From a virus (lineage: Duplodnaviria > Heunggongvirae > Uroviricota > Caudoviricetes): a stretch of 64,000 bases of DNA. The DNA is taken from IMG/VR virus record IMGVR_UViG_3300012933_000236, positions 1 through 64,000 of that record. One strand, 5' to 3'. The notes under the pieces are model-generated. The model was not told where the DNA came from, did not search any database, and worked only from the letters and a program-made list of their open reading frames with translations. Both the position numbers and the translations under genes were made by a program. Positions 1 to 9,173 of this stretch are shown piece by piece (positions within the stretch are counted from its first letter, which is position 1; every line of letters begins with the position of its first letter).

Positions 1-218
1 TTACCCAACCTGAAATATACTGAACTATAACCTCTGGTCCCTAAACCAGTATTATAGTGTCTTTTGACTATTGGACGACAATCCGCATGCTAGAAATCCT
101 GCAGTACAGCGCAACTTGTACTTGCATTTTTAGTGATAGGGCTTTCACCTACCTCGACCGAAGTATGCTGCTAACTCTAGGGATTTGAGCAACAAGCATG
201 GCGGGACTAATTTCAGGG

Positions 219-330
219 TGAAGCTGGAAGGACTTGAACCTCCGACTCGCCTAGTGCATATTTATCTAGAAAATGTAAACACTATCGACAGTAACCTGCC
301 CAATGACTCTACCAACTGAGTTACAGCTTC
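219..330 (-). tRNA. tRNA-like element: perfect 7-bp acceptor stem (GAAGCTG/CAGCTTC), canonical D-arm and T-arm, but a ~40-nt insertion where the anticodon/variable region should be (disrupted or unconventional tRNA)
   Basis: Reverse complement reads GAAGCTG-TA-ACTC-AGTTGGTA-GAGT ... GGAGG-TTCAAGT-CCTTC-CAGCTTC-A. No 5+7+5 anticodon arm could be folded. Confidence 0.3.
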
Positions 331-335
331 ATATC

Positions 336-410
336 TGGTACGGCGTAGTGGAATCGAACCACTATTGAATGCTTAGAAGGCACTTGCACTATCCATTGTA
401 CTAACGCCGT
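336..410 (-). tRNA. tRNA-Arg(TCT): tRNA-Arg (anticodon TCT)
   Basis: Reverse complement: acceptor ACGGCGT/ACGCCGT, D-arm GTAC-AATGGATA-GTGC, anticodon stem AGTGC/GCATT with loop CTTCTAA (U33, A37), T-arm AGTGG-TTCGATT-CCACT, discriminator A, encoded CCA. Confidence 0.75.
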
Positions 411-422
411 TTGTTATCTCAA

Positions 423-599
423 TTATACATCAGTTTTTAACTTTGTGTCAACACTGCGTAAAATATTTTCTTTGATGTTCAACCTAGCTAGTTCGTTAAG
501 ATCAGACTGAGGCATCGACATACTAGATCGTAGTGTACCATTTTCATCAAACTGTTGCAACGTCTGATACTCTTTATTGTACTCATACATGTAACTCAT
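423..599 (-). CDS. small hypothetical protein (58 aa) immediately downstream of the DNA polymerase
   Basis: ATG preceded by AAGGA; translation MSYMYEYNKEYQTLQQFDENG...; below the 60-aa cutoff of the ORF track. Confidence 0.3.
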   Translation of the reverse strand: MSYMYEYNKEYQTLQQFDENGTLRSSMSMPQSDLNELARLNIKENILRSVDTKLKTDV

Positions 600-611
600 T
601 TCAATCCTTTC

Positions 612-2726
612 TTAGTGAACTTCTTTCCAGTTCTTACCAACCTTACCTTCGCCAACTAGTGGCACTTTAATCTTCAGAAGTGTACCAGCCTTAGAGATAG
701 CCTTTTCAATCATGTGTGACACCTCTACAGCTACCTCTTCTTGGCACTCATACTCAAGCTCGTCATGGAAATATCCAATTCTCCGAACAATACAATCTTT
801 GTACAGGTAGTACGGTCTGCGCTTTTCATCGAATTTTAAACCACCTAGCCAAACATCCATAAAACAACCTGCATAGTCCATCGAGATACCACCGCAGCTT
901 TGAAAGATGGTATTGAGTAGTGCAGACTTCTTCCGAGTAAGCAGGATTCTACCATCAATAGCTGGTAAATACTTCTTCTTACCTACAGACTCCCAATACT
1001 TTTCTAGGCTTTTCTTCAGCTCAGCAGTGCCGGGATTAGCTGCCCAAAACGCTTCTAGGGCCTCTTTACCGTACTGTTCAGGAATTCCGAGGGTGGAGGC
1101 TACCTTTGGTGCTGCAGCGCCGTACAGAATCGCATAGAAGCCGTTCTTTGACTTGTTACGGTAGGGTTTCCATTTGGGATTCTCCTTATCAAAATCCGGT
1201 GAGTTATAAATAGCTGCAACCTCGTCATAAATGCTGCCATAGAAAGCATTAGCATTCTTTGAGTGTACATCACCTTTAAGCAATTCATCAGCAGTTGCAC
1301 CGTCATCATACTTATATGTGTAATGTCCTTGCACCCGACCTTCCAGTGCAGCGGCATCACCAGCGGCAATTAGATACCCATCTTCTGCAATCCACAGTTC
1401 ACGGAACTCATACCCAAGCAAGACTTTCGGATCAGCTTTAGGTACATTCACCACAACTTTGTGCTTTTGACGGTGTGTTGAAGCAATGCCAGTACGGCCT
1501 GCACCGATACGACCATCGTATACAATGCGCTCGTTCTGAAGCCAGCCTGTAAGTACCGATAGTCTATTACGCAGTGACAACCACTTGACTACATCTTTTA
1601 CTAAGTCACCATCAAGCCTTTCTAAATTTGGGCACAACTTTCCAGTCTCTTGAATCTTAGGTGAAGTCGGGATTAGCTGTCTTGTAACAGGGTCACGCAC
1701 AGGTTTACCGTCTGGACCTTTCTTATAATTAAACAGTGTAGGTTTCCACCCCTGTTCCAAAAACCAGTCTTTCATCTGATCCTGATTTGCCATTTCCATT
1801 GGTAGTTTAACATCTAGGATTTTATCGGACTCTACCTTAACTTCTTTGTTGTAGAATATCCATAGATCATCCCCAATGTGAATAGCTTTGTGCTTCTTTG
1901 CAAACTTCTCCCATGTAGTGGAGTATTCTCCATCTTTACGGTAGGGTTTAGCTGGCATTTTATATTCTTTCTCTTCAGTCTTCTTTAAACCTCGTGGTGG
2001 CAACTGTGGTTCTACTCGCTGACGAATATCTTCCATCATGCCCTCAATTCTAGTTTTTAGTTTACCTGCAGCATCAACATCGAACTTCCAGCCTGAAAGC
2101 TCTTGGCAACTCATAAGGTAAAAGCTCTTCTGACCAGACTTAAAGTGCCGAGGCCACTCAGAGTTATCCCAAGTTCCGTACACATCAATCCACTCAGTAA
2201 TAAGTGATTTAAACACCATCTTACCAATCAGGGTATCACGTTCGCAGTACTTATCCATGATTCCGTTGTATTGCATGAATTCTGCGCCTTCAGGAGAGTC
2301 TGCAGTAATAGCCCCCGCAGTGATCAATTCTTTTCTGAAGTCAATCTTAGGCATATCAAATTTATTGCCCCAATACTCAATCGAGTGACGCTCGCGGTCA
2401 GGGTTAAGGTACATAGACATGTAGTATGTATCTGCAAAGTTAACAGGCATACCTTCCAATGTGTCTGGACCTACAGAGTATTCAATACCCATTACGAACA
2501 TCATCACAAAGATATCATAGCCAAGACCATTGTGAAAGCACACATTAGGTGTATCGTACTTTTCAACCCATGCAGCAAACTTGGCCCTAGCATCTACATC
2601 TCTGAACGGGTGCAGCTTCAGCTTTTCATTACTGTCGAGGTCTTCAAGGCACATAACCCACACATTGTTAGCCTGAAGGATAAAACCATCTGCTTCAATG
2701 TCAATAGAAAAACCGTTATATTTCAT
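612..2726 (-). CDS. DNA polymerase, family A (Pol I/T7-like), with N-terminal 3'-5' exonuclease motif
   Basis: 704 aa. N-terminal DIEADG (Exo I DxE), motif B-like ILYGAAAPKVASTLGI, motif C-like YFHDELEYE, and O-helix-like segment. Confidence 0.9.
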   Translation of the reverse strand: MKYNGFSIDIEADGFILQANNVWVMCLEDLDSNEKLKLHPFRDVDARAKFAAWVEKYDTPNVCFHNGLGYDIFVMMFVMGIEYSVGPDTLEGMPVNFADTYYMSMYLNPDRERHSIEYWGNKFDMPKIDFRKELITAGAITADSPEGAEFMQYNGIMDKYCERDTLIGKMVFKSLITEWIDVYGTWDNSEWPRHFKSGQKSFYLMSCQELSGWKFDVDAAGKLKTRIEGMMEDIRQRVEPQLPPRGLKKTEEKEYKMPAKPYRKDGEYSTTWEKFAKKHKAIHIGDDLWIFYNKEVKVESDKILDVKLPMEMANQDQMKDWFLEQGWKPTLFNYKKGPDGKPVRDPVTRQLIPTSPKIQETGKLCPNLERLDGDLVKDVVKWLSLRNRLSVLTGWLQNERIVYDGRIGAGRTGIASTHRQKHKVVVNVPKADPKVLLGYEFRELWIAEDGYLIAAGDAAALEGRVQGHYTYKYDDGATADELLKGDVHSKNANAFYGSIYDEVAAIYNSPDFDKENPKWKPYRNKSKNGFYAILYGAAAPKVASTLGIPEQYGKEALEAFWAANPGTAELKKSLEKYWESVGKKKYLPAIDGRILLTRKKSALLNTIFQSCGGISMDYAGCFMDVWLGGLKFDEKRRPYYLYKDCIVRRIGYFHDELEYECQEEVAVEVSHMIEKAISKAGTLLKIKVPLVGEGKVGKNWKEVH

Positions 2727-2748
2727 AGTACTCCTTTTACAGTTGACG

Positions 2749-2760
2749 CATTATAGCATC
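2749..2760 (-). promoter_or_regulatory. putative extended -10 promoter (GATGCTATAAT) upstream of the DNA polymerase gene
   Basis: Reverse complement of 2748-2758 is GATGCTATAAT, about 30 nt upstream of an AAGGAG RBS and the polymerase ATG. Confidence 0.3.
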
Positions 2761-2816
2761 TTTTCTTCGCTTTTCCAAATAAATCCACGATAAGATTGGT
2801 TGTACCCAAATGTCAA

Positions 2817-2841
2817 GAGTAAAAAAGAGGGCCGAAGCCCC
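2817..2841 (-). terminator. rho-independent terminator downstream of the primase-helicase gene
   Basis: Minus-strand GGGGGCTTCGGCCCTC hairpin followed by TTTTTT. Confidence 0.5.
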
Positions 2842-2845
2842 CTTG

Positions 2846-4588
2846 TTAAAATCCCGAATTATTCTCTGCAAGCCACTCATCCAAGTTGTGTAATGTATGA
2901 GTGTCGTTATCATAGTAGACGTTACCTGCTGGTCCTGTCAATCCACAAATACGATTCTTACTTAGTACAACCTTGGTAGTGTTGCGTTCAGTTGGGTCTT
3001 CTGCATATTTATTTCTACTTAGCAAAATGTTAGCTGAAGCTGACTTAATGATAGTAGAGCTACCTTGAATTTCTTCTTCAGTGAATGAACCACCTTGTGA
3101 AGAATTCTGTACACCAGAAGCTGACTTACGAACATGATTGATAAAGATCAGTGTTACGTTGTGACTCTTGATGATACCTTTGGACCACTTCATGAATAAC
3201 GCTTGGTCTTCATTGGATAGTCCATCTAAGATATCTTGCAAAGGATCAAGCACGATAATTCTGCAACCGCATGATACAACAAGCTCTTCTACTGTATCTT
3301 GAATCTCTTCGATTGTACCATCACGGTTATCGAGTAGATAGAAACGATGTTGACCATCTTCATTATAGAAAAGCTCGTTTGCCTTCTCACGTACTTTATC
3401 AGACTCCAACAAGTCTTTCTTAGCTTCATCATCTTGAATCAACGAGATTTTACGGCTAAGGTGTCTACCTAATAGTGTTTCACCATACTGACCAGAATCT
3501 AACTCCATTGAAACAATACCGATTTTATGTGGTGAGTTAAAAATCCAATGATAAACCATTTCGTTAACAAAGGATGTTTTACCAAGACCAGTACCTGCAG
3601 CAATGTTGATGATGTGTCCCAAAGGTAAACCACCTACAAGCATTTCATTCAATGTATTCATGAAGTGCGGAAACGGTACTTTTGGTACAGTAGCTTGAGC
3701 TAGAATCTTATCATACAGTTCACCACTACCTAATACACCAACAGGAGTATATCGTTTAGCTTCATAGAAGTTACGAATAAATTCATCTTGCTTACCTTCT
3801 TCAAGATAAGTATTTGGATCTTTATACCGCATGTGCATAACTTTAACTTTACCTTTTGGTAAAGCTTTAACTACGTCTTCTGTAGCTTCTTTACCAGCTT
3901 TGTCATTGTCATAACAAACAACAATTTGATCGAAGCTATCGAAAAAGCGATATTGTGCTGCAATTTGTTTATGTGAGTTAGCACCTGTAGTTGGACTAAC
4001 AACAGCCATTTCATACTCACCACCACGAGATTTATTGTATTCAGCAAACATCTGATATGCAGACAGTGCATCAAGTTCACCTTCTGTAATTAGAACATAC
4101 TTACCACCTCGATTAAACTTAAACTGCATAAACAGTTCGCAATCAGCACCAGTGCGACCTTTAGAATAAAAGTTCTTTGGTACTTCACGGATTTTGTATC
4201 CTACGATTTGACCATCTTGTGTAGCTGGATAGTATTGCTCTTCAACATCACCATTATCATCGTAAGAATATCGCACACCAAAAGGTTTGGTAGTTTCATC
4301 TTTAAGTCCACGAAAATCTTTACCACCTACACCAGTTAAAGATTTAATCTTTGTATTTTCTTCTGCAGTTAGTGCAGGTTTACCGCTTGGTTTAACTTCC
4401 ATACTTTTTTCTTCCTTTGATGTTGATGATTTTACTTTGGATTTCTTGTTGGAATTTTGTTCCTTGAATTCATCCGAAGGTACAGTATGCTCACAGACAA
4501 AGCAGTGCGTGGACTTATCCTCATACACTGCTCTACCATCAGATGAACCACACTCGTCACAATTGATGTGTTTAATAAATGCTGCCAA
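2846..4588 (-). CDS. bifunctional DNA primase/helicase (T7 gp4-like: zinc ribbon, TOPRIM, DnaB-family helicase)
   Basis: 580 aa. N-terminal CDECGSS...CFVCEH zinc ribbon, TOPRIM-like ITEGELDALS, Walker A GTGLGKTSF, Walker B IIVLDP. Confidence 0.9.
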   Translation of the reverse strand: MAAFIKHINCDECGSSDGRAVYEDKSTHCFVCEHTVPSDEFKEQNSNKKSKVKSSTSKEEKSMEVKPSGKPALTAEENTKIKSLTGVGGKDFRGLKDETTKPFGVRYSYDDNGDVEEQYYPATQDGQIVGYKIREVPKNFYSKGRTGADCELFMQFKFNRGGKYVLITEGELDALSAYQMFAEYNKSRGGEYEMAVVSPTTGANSHKQIAAQYRFFDSFDQIVVCYDNDKAGKEATEDVVKALPKGKVKVMHMRYKDPNTYLEEGKQDEFIRNFYEAKRYTPVGVLGSGELYDKILAQATVPKVPFPHFMNTLNEMLVGGLPLGHIINIAAGTGLGKTSFVNEMVYHWIFNSPHKIGIVSMELDSGQYGETLLGRHLSRKISLIQDDEAKKDLLESDKVREKANELFYNEDGQHRFYLLDNRDGTIEEIQDTVEELVVSCGCRIIVLDPLQDILDGLSNEDQALFMKWSKGIIKSHNVTLIFINHVRKSASGVQNSSQGGSFTEEEIQGSSTIIKSASANILLSRNKYAEDPTERNTTKVVLSKNRICGLTGPAGNVYYDNDTHTLHNLDEWLAENNSGF

Positions 4589-4601
4589 TTCTACCCCTTA
4601 T

Positions 4602-4766
4602 TCATTTGTTTTCCATGCGAAGTTCGTGCCATATTTTGATAGCTTCATCATAACCTTCCCAATTATCAACACCTGCCGCTTCTAAAGCATCAAGAAACAA
4701 AGATTGTGATTGTAATTCTTCATATTCAATAGCACAAACTGTAATGTATTTTCCTTCTTCGATCAT
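4602..4766 (-). CDS. small hypothetical protein (54 aa) between the RNA-ligase-like and primase genes
   Basis: Strong RBS AAGGAGT before the ATG; stop of the upstream gene abuts the start; translation MIEEGKYITVCAIEYEELQSQ... Confidence 0.45.
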   Translation of the reverse strand: MIEEGKYITVCAIEYEELQSQSLFLDALEAAGVDNWEGYDEAIKIWHELRMENK

Positions 4767-4775
4767 TTATACTCC

Positions 4776-5807
4776 TTATTCATTTTTGAGTAACCAAGAA
4801 TTTGAAATTGACTTAAAGCTGCGGTCATGCACACTGTTGCTCTTGAACACAACACCTTCACGATTACTGCCGTTAAGTAAAGACTTACCTTCTGCGTATT
4901 CCAAAATACTTTGAATCGTTTGTTCTTTAATCTCAGTGGCTTCTACAATGATAGGCACATGCTTTAACCCAAGCTTTTCACACGCTGCTTTAAGCTGTAC
5001 AGGCAAGATGTATTCTCCTGTGTGGGTATTGTACATGTCGTAAACGTAGAAGTCAAGCTGTACTTTGTACTGATTACCTTGAATACCTTCACCGATCATT
5101 TCACCTTGAATTGCCATACGTACCATAAAATTTCTACGCATGATACCTTCAATATCAAACTTACGTGCTACTTTCCAGAATGAATTTGCTTCATCTTCTT
5201 TCAGGTCTAAGTTACGTGAGCATACGTGGAATACACCTTCGTCATCAAGATAGAAAGTACAAGATGAACCATCAAGTTTTTCTGTGATTGACCACGTATC
5301 AAGCTGATATTGCTCAAAAGATCGTGTCAAGTTCTGAATACGCTCTTGATCAGTCTTCGGTACAAGCGCAGGAAAATTACCTCGTGCCATACCAGCGAGT
5401 TGAGCATTCATTGGGCGTTCCCACTTGATGATACCAAGAATATCACTTACATCTGATCCTTCGAATTCATCAGGAGCTACCCAAACAGCAACCCTTACTT
5501 CTGTAACAACAGATAAGGGTAATAACAAACCTTGTGAGATTTGACCACGTAGTTTTACTGTACGTAGGCGTTCACCTTTTACACCTTCAAATTCACGAGG
5601 CTCTTTACCTTTAGATAGGAATGCAGCTAGTTCTGTTGGAACCCAAGAGTCAATCTCTAGGTATACAGCAAGTGAATCAACTGCAAATTCACCCTTCTTT
5701 ACTACAACTTTCCAGCCATCAACTACAGCGACTTCAATAGCGTCTGCACCTTCAATGGGTTCAATTGCTGCGATTTTACGAATAGTTGCTAATTTACGTT
5801 CTGTCAT
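4776..5807 (-). CDS. ATP-dependent RNA ligase-like protein (DRB0094/Rnl-type N-terminus, KxDG nucleotidyltransferase motif)
   Basis: 343 aa. N-terminus MTERKLATIRKIAAIEPIEGADAIEVAVVDGWKVVVKKGEF is typical of the DRB0094 RNA ligase family. Motif I is ITEKLDGSS. Confidence 0.55.
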   Translation of the reverse strand: MTERKLATIRKIAAIEPIEGADAIEVAVVDGWKVVVKKGEFAVDSLAVYLEIDSWVPTELAAFLSKGKEPREFEGVKGERLRTVKLRGQISQGLLLPLSVVTEVRVAVWVAPDEFEGSDVSDILGIIKWERPMNAQLAGMARGNFPALVPKTDQERIQNLTRSFEQYQLDTWSITEKLDGSSCTFYLDDEGVFHVCSRNLDLKEDEANSFWKVARKFDIEGIMRRNFMVRMAIQGEMIGEGIQGNQYKVQLDFYVYDMYNTHTGEYILPVQLKAACEKLGLKHVPIIVEATEIKEQTIQSILEYAEGKSLLNGSNREGVVFKSNSVHDRSFKSISNSWLLKNE

Positions 5808-5895
5808 TTGTTATCCTTTCCGCATTTATACAAAAACCACCATGCAATATAAAACATCGGTGATATAACAATTATACTTACTATGTCTTGCCAAC

Positions 5896-6798
5896 TCATA
5901 GATCATCCTTGTGTCGAATGCCAACCAGTACTGGAAAGCGTGGGACATTATATCCTGTGCCAACGTCAAAGTACTTAACCTTTGCAAGTTGACCCATCAG
6001 TGATTCTCTGCGTTCCCACAAGTCTATACGAATAGCATCAGTCATACCACTGCCACAACTGAACGTATCGCCTTTAGAGGTACGTAGAATCAACGATCCC
6101 ATTGTATCTAGGGCTACCATACCTTCTTTAGCTGTAGAGCGTTCTGTGCGTCCTAGCTCGTTGGTCTTTGCTTCATTGGTGTTGGTGTACTTAGGCTCCC
6201 AACCAATGATTTCAAATTCATTATCTACAAAGCGTTTGACCTTCTGTAGTTCTGGATTCTTAGTGCCAGATCGACCGCATTTATATTTAGCATCTGAGTC
6301 ACGAAGCATGATACCTTCAGCACCTTGAGCAAGCATGTCAACTTCAAAGTCATCAATGTCTACCATTTCTTCTACAGGAAAGTGCTGAAGTACTTCTACT
6401 CGCAATGGCAAACGATCATCACGATCTAAGTTAACTAAATAAGCATAACGCTCCAACCAAGTAGATGTAGGATGGAAGCGGTCAAACACCCAAAATGTAA
6501 AATCAGGTTCACCTTCGATACGCATAACTCCAGAAGTACTTTGGTTGAACACATCAGGTGCATTCTTATTACCAACGATAAGTTCACCATCTGTACCTTC
6601 AAGGATTTCATGATTGGTTTTTACATAAGCTTGAATAAACTTATTTGGAATTGGTTTAAGACTACGTGAGTAAGCTACACCACCAAATACAATACAGCGA
6701 ATACCGTCAAGTTTTTCTGACATGTACATGTTCGCTGGTTGTGTTTTAACTTTGGTTTGCTCAATAGCTAATTGTGGACGAAAATCAGTCGGAATCAT
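5896..6798 (-). CDS. ATP-dependent DNA ligase (small T7/Chlorella-virus type)
   Basis: 300 aa. Motif I SEKLDGIR, EGIMLRD, motif V KVKRF, OB-fold C-terminus. Confidence 0.8.
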   Translation of the reverse strand: MIPTDFRPQLAIEQTKVKTQPANMYMSEKLDGIRCIVFGGVAYSRSLKPIPNKFIQAYVKTNHEILEGTDGELIVGNKNAPDVFNQSTSGVMRIEGEPDFTFWVFDRFHPTSTWLERYAYLVNLDRDDRLPLRVEVLQHFPVEEMVDIDDFEVDMLAQGAEGIMLRDSDAKYKCGRSGTKNPELQKVKRFVDNEFEIIGWEPKYTNTNEAKTNELGRTERSTAKEGMVALDTMGSLILRTSKGDTFSCGSGMTDAIRIDLWERRESLMGQLAKVKYFDVGTGYNVPRFPVLVGIRHKDDL

Positions 6799-7406
6799 AA
6801 ATTCTCCTTATTGTAAAATGCTGAACCTTGAGCGATTAAACTCAAAATATTTTCTCTACGCCATTGTCTGGCTAATTTAAATGCGATTTCTTTTGATGCT
6901 TCATCAATTATATCGTATTTAAAATATTTTTGAACTTTACGACCATCTTTATTCCTAAATTGTGCGTGTGCGTAGTAGTAAGTTTTACCATTGATATTTC
7001 TAACATAATCTGAAATTCCAAGTAAACCTGTTGTGTTCAATTTATTCAAACCTAAACCATTATGTTGATATGTTTTGTGGTTATTTTCTTTTGTAGAAAC
7101 AACTTCAAGATTTGATATTTTATTATTTAAATAATCATTATCTATGTGATTTATAACAAGACCTTGTGGAATCTCACCATTAAACATTTCCCAAATTACT
7201 CTATGATTAAAATAAGTTTCTTGATTTAATCCGAATCTCCAATACCTTGCTACTTTTCCAAAATTAGAAACGCTTCCAGCTACGTTACCAATGTGTTTTA
7301 GACTTCCACCCCTTCCTACTGTTTGTATCCATGTAAGACAACTCGGTGAATTTTCATCATAGGAAACATATCCGTACCAAGGCTTTAAGCCTTCTGGAAT
7401 TGTCAT
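6795..7406 (-). CDS. HNH homing endonuclease (HNH_3 plus AP2-like DNA-binding region)
   Basis: 203 aa. NHIDNDYLNNKISNLEVVSTKENNHK is a classic HNH motif. Overlaps the stop of the DNA ligase gene. Confidence 0.8.
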   Translation of the reverse strand: MTIPEGLKPWYGYVSYDENSPSCLTWIQTVGRGGSLKHIGNVAGSVSNFGKVARYWRFGLNQETYFNHRVIWEMFNGEIPQGLVINHIDNDYLNNKISNLEVVSTKENNHKTYQHNGLGLNKLNTTGLLGISDYVRNINGKTYYYAHAQFRNKDGRKVQKYFKYDIIDEASKEIAFKLARQWRRENILSLIAQGSAFYNKENL

Positions 7407-7512
7407 TATGGTGCTCCTACTTTAAAAATGCGATATCGTTTGTTACCAAGCTTCAAGTATACACCAGCATAGTAAAACATCTTAGGTGATTGCCAAATAA
7501 TTTTAGGAAAGT

Positions 7513-7878
7513 TCATTTAGCTTTCTCCTTAACTTTAGTTTTAATAACATCAAGTTCTTCTGCAAGTTTAAGTTCAATCAGTTCTAATGTTTGTTTACCA
7601 ATGTTGCTTTCCATGACTTTTTCACCAGTGTAAGCACCAGCCATCATCCACATTGTGCGTTCGCTTGGTAGAAATGCTCCGATTGTACCACAAGCTAGAA
7701 TCACAGTAATAGGCCATGAATGAAATTTACCTCTTTTATGCCAGTAGTCTACATTAGAAAGTAAATAACCTACTACATATAAAGCATAAAAAATACATGT
7801 ACTGGCAAAGATAACACTTAAAAATTTTGCAATACTGGTAATAACACCAGCCAAATAAATTAAAAATACTAAACTCAT
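7513..7878 (-). CDS. hypothetical membrane protein (3 predicted TM helices)
   Basis: 121 aa. Hydrophobic N-terminal two-thirds and a charged KE-rich C-terminus. Holin-like architecture, but it lies in the early region. Confidence 0.5.
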   Translation of the reverse strand: MSLVFLIYLAGVITSIAKFLSVIFASTCIFYALYVVGYLLSNVDYWHKRGKFHSWPITVILACGTIGAFLPSERTMWMMAGAYTGEKVMESNIGKQTLELIELKLAEELDVIKTKVKEKAK

Positions 7879-8004
7879 TGTTGTACCACCTGTAAAATCA
7901 TGTTAATACCTTGGATGATCATCTGTTGTTCCATTGGATTCAACTGATACCATGTTCGATTATCACCAAACTTAGCAGCTACTGCTTGCCAAAATTTTTC
8001 TACA

Positions 8005-8208
8005 TCAGACATCTTCACGTTCTCCTTTAACTGTAATAGCCATTAAACCAATTTTGATAGCACACTCTTCATGTAGATGAATTGACATGCCTTGATTTCT
8101 GTGCGAATACCAAGTGATCATATGTTCTCCTTTTACAATAGGTTTATCACATGCTCGGCAGAATGCGTTGCGCTCTGCAGGTCTTGCTTCTGGTAGAAAA
8201 TTAGTCAC
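8005..8208 (-). CDS. small Cys/His-rich hypothetical protein
   Basis: 67 aa with CRACDKP...HLHEEC. Start overlaps the upstream stop. Confidence 0.45.
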   Translation of the reverse strand: MTNFLPEARPAERNAFCRACDKPIVKGEHMITWYSHRNQGMSIHLHEECAIKIGLMAITVKGEREDV

Positions 8209-8624
8209 TTGGTTTCCTTTCGATAAGTCAACTCTTGTTTCATCAAGTCTTCTACATAAGTACCCTTGATTTGCTTTTGAGTCTCAAGTATAGCATGAAC
8301 ATGACTTGTATCCATAGCATAGAGAAAAATATAAACACCATGTGGAATGTGTTCACCATTCTTACCATAGCTTTTCCAAACGAAAGCTTGACGAATTATC
8401 TCAAATGAATCACTTAAGTAAACAGTGCAATCTGTAGCAGGTGTTGTATTTAAGCTACGGCGCAAGTATTCGTTGCCACCATCTACAATATAAGTTTCAC
8501 CGGATACTTTATCTAAGTGTTCTTTGTAGTCGTGCCTGTGATAACTACGCAGGTAAGTACCATCAGGTGTAAGTATTGCGTTACTTATAATTTGCTCAGA
8601 TATCATCCCATACTCCTTCTTCAA
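8205..8624 (-). CDS. hypothetical protein
   Basis: 139-aa ORF, tightly packed with neighbours. Confidence 0.5.
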   Translation of the reverse strand: MKKEYGMISEQIISNAILTPDGTYLRSYHRHDYKEHLDKVSGETYIVDGGNEYLRRSLNTTPATDCTVYLSDSFEIIRQAFVWKSYGKNGEHIPHGVYIFLYAMDTSHVHAILETQKQIKGTYVEDLMKQELTYRKETK

Positions 8625-8759
8625 TCTCAGTCCATACGTCTATAATTTCAGGATCATGTGCAGTGGCATCAAAAGACAACAAAGCTTCTTTAACGGCATC
8701 ATATTCATTTTCGGCTTCAACTTCAATTTGTTCTTCAATTTGTACTGTTACGTAATATT

Positions 8760-9029
8760 TCATGTGTTATTCATTTCTCGGATAGCTGCAGCGCACTCAA
8801 AAGCCATAGCATCACGCGCATTACTGTATTCATCTGGAAAATCTAGTTCTGGACCAGCATGTGCTTCACAAATCTTTGCATCAATCTCACGCTGGTCAGC
8901 ACGTACAAGGGCTTCAAAGGCTTTGATTGCCTTATGTGTGGTCACAAAAGTGTTGGACTTTTCAATGGTCCATTCTGTGCAACCAACATAAACGCGAGCT
9001 TCTTTCGCAATTTCTATCGTGTCTCTCAT
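8760..9029 (-). CDS. hypothetical protein
   Basis: 89-aa ORF. ATGA start/stop overlap with a 48-aa Zn-ribbon-like ORF (about 9026-9172, C..C...C..C). Confidence 0.45.
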   Translation of the reverse strand: MRDTIEIAKEARVYVGCTEWTIEKSNTFVTTHKAIKAFEALVRADQREIDAKICEAHAGPELDFPDEYSNARDAMAFECAAAIREMNNT

Positions 9030-9173
9030 TTGGTTTCTCCTTTAAGTTTAACTGCTGAAATTTGTCTGCACTTTGAACACTGAAGCCAATACTCTTTGTA
9101 CTTATATCCCTTCTCGTTAAAAAACCATTTGTGCTTGCAATCAACAATTTCAACAAAACGTAAAATGCTCATA

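Noticed and set aside
907-2756. ORFs 907..1137(+), 1100..1369(-) and 2271..2756(+) overlapping the DNA polymerase gene
   Set aside because: They lie antisense to or out of frame with a clearly real 704-aa polymerase ORF, have no RBS, and show low-complexity translations. They are spurious.
3871-4685. ORFs 3871..4080(-) and 4287..4685(+) inside or antisense to the primase-helicase gene
   Set aside because: They sit within the 580-aa primase-helicase coding sequence, with no independent signals.
6146-6669. Plus-strand ORFs inside the DNA ligase gene
   Set aside because: Antisense to a well-supported gene.
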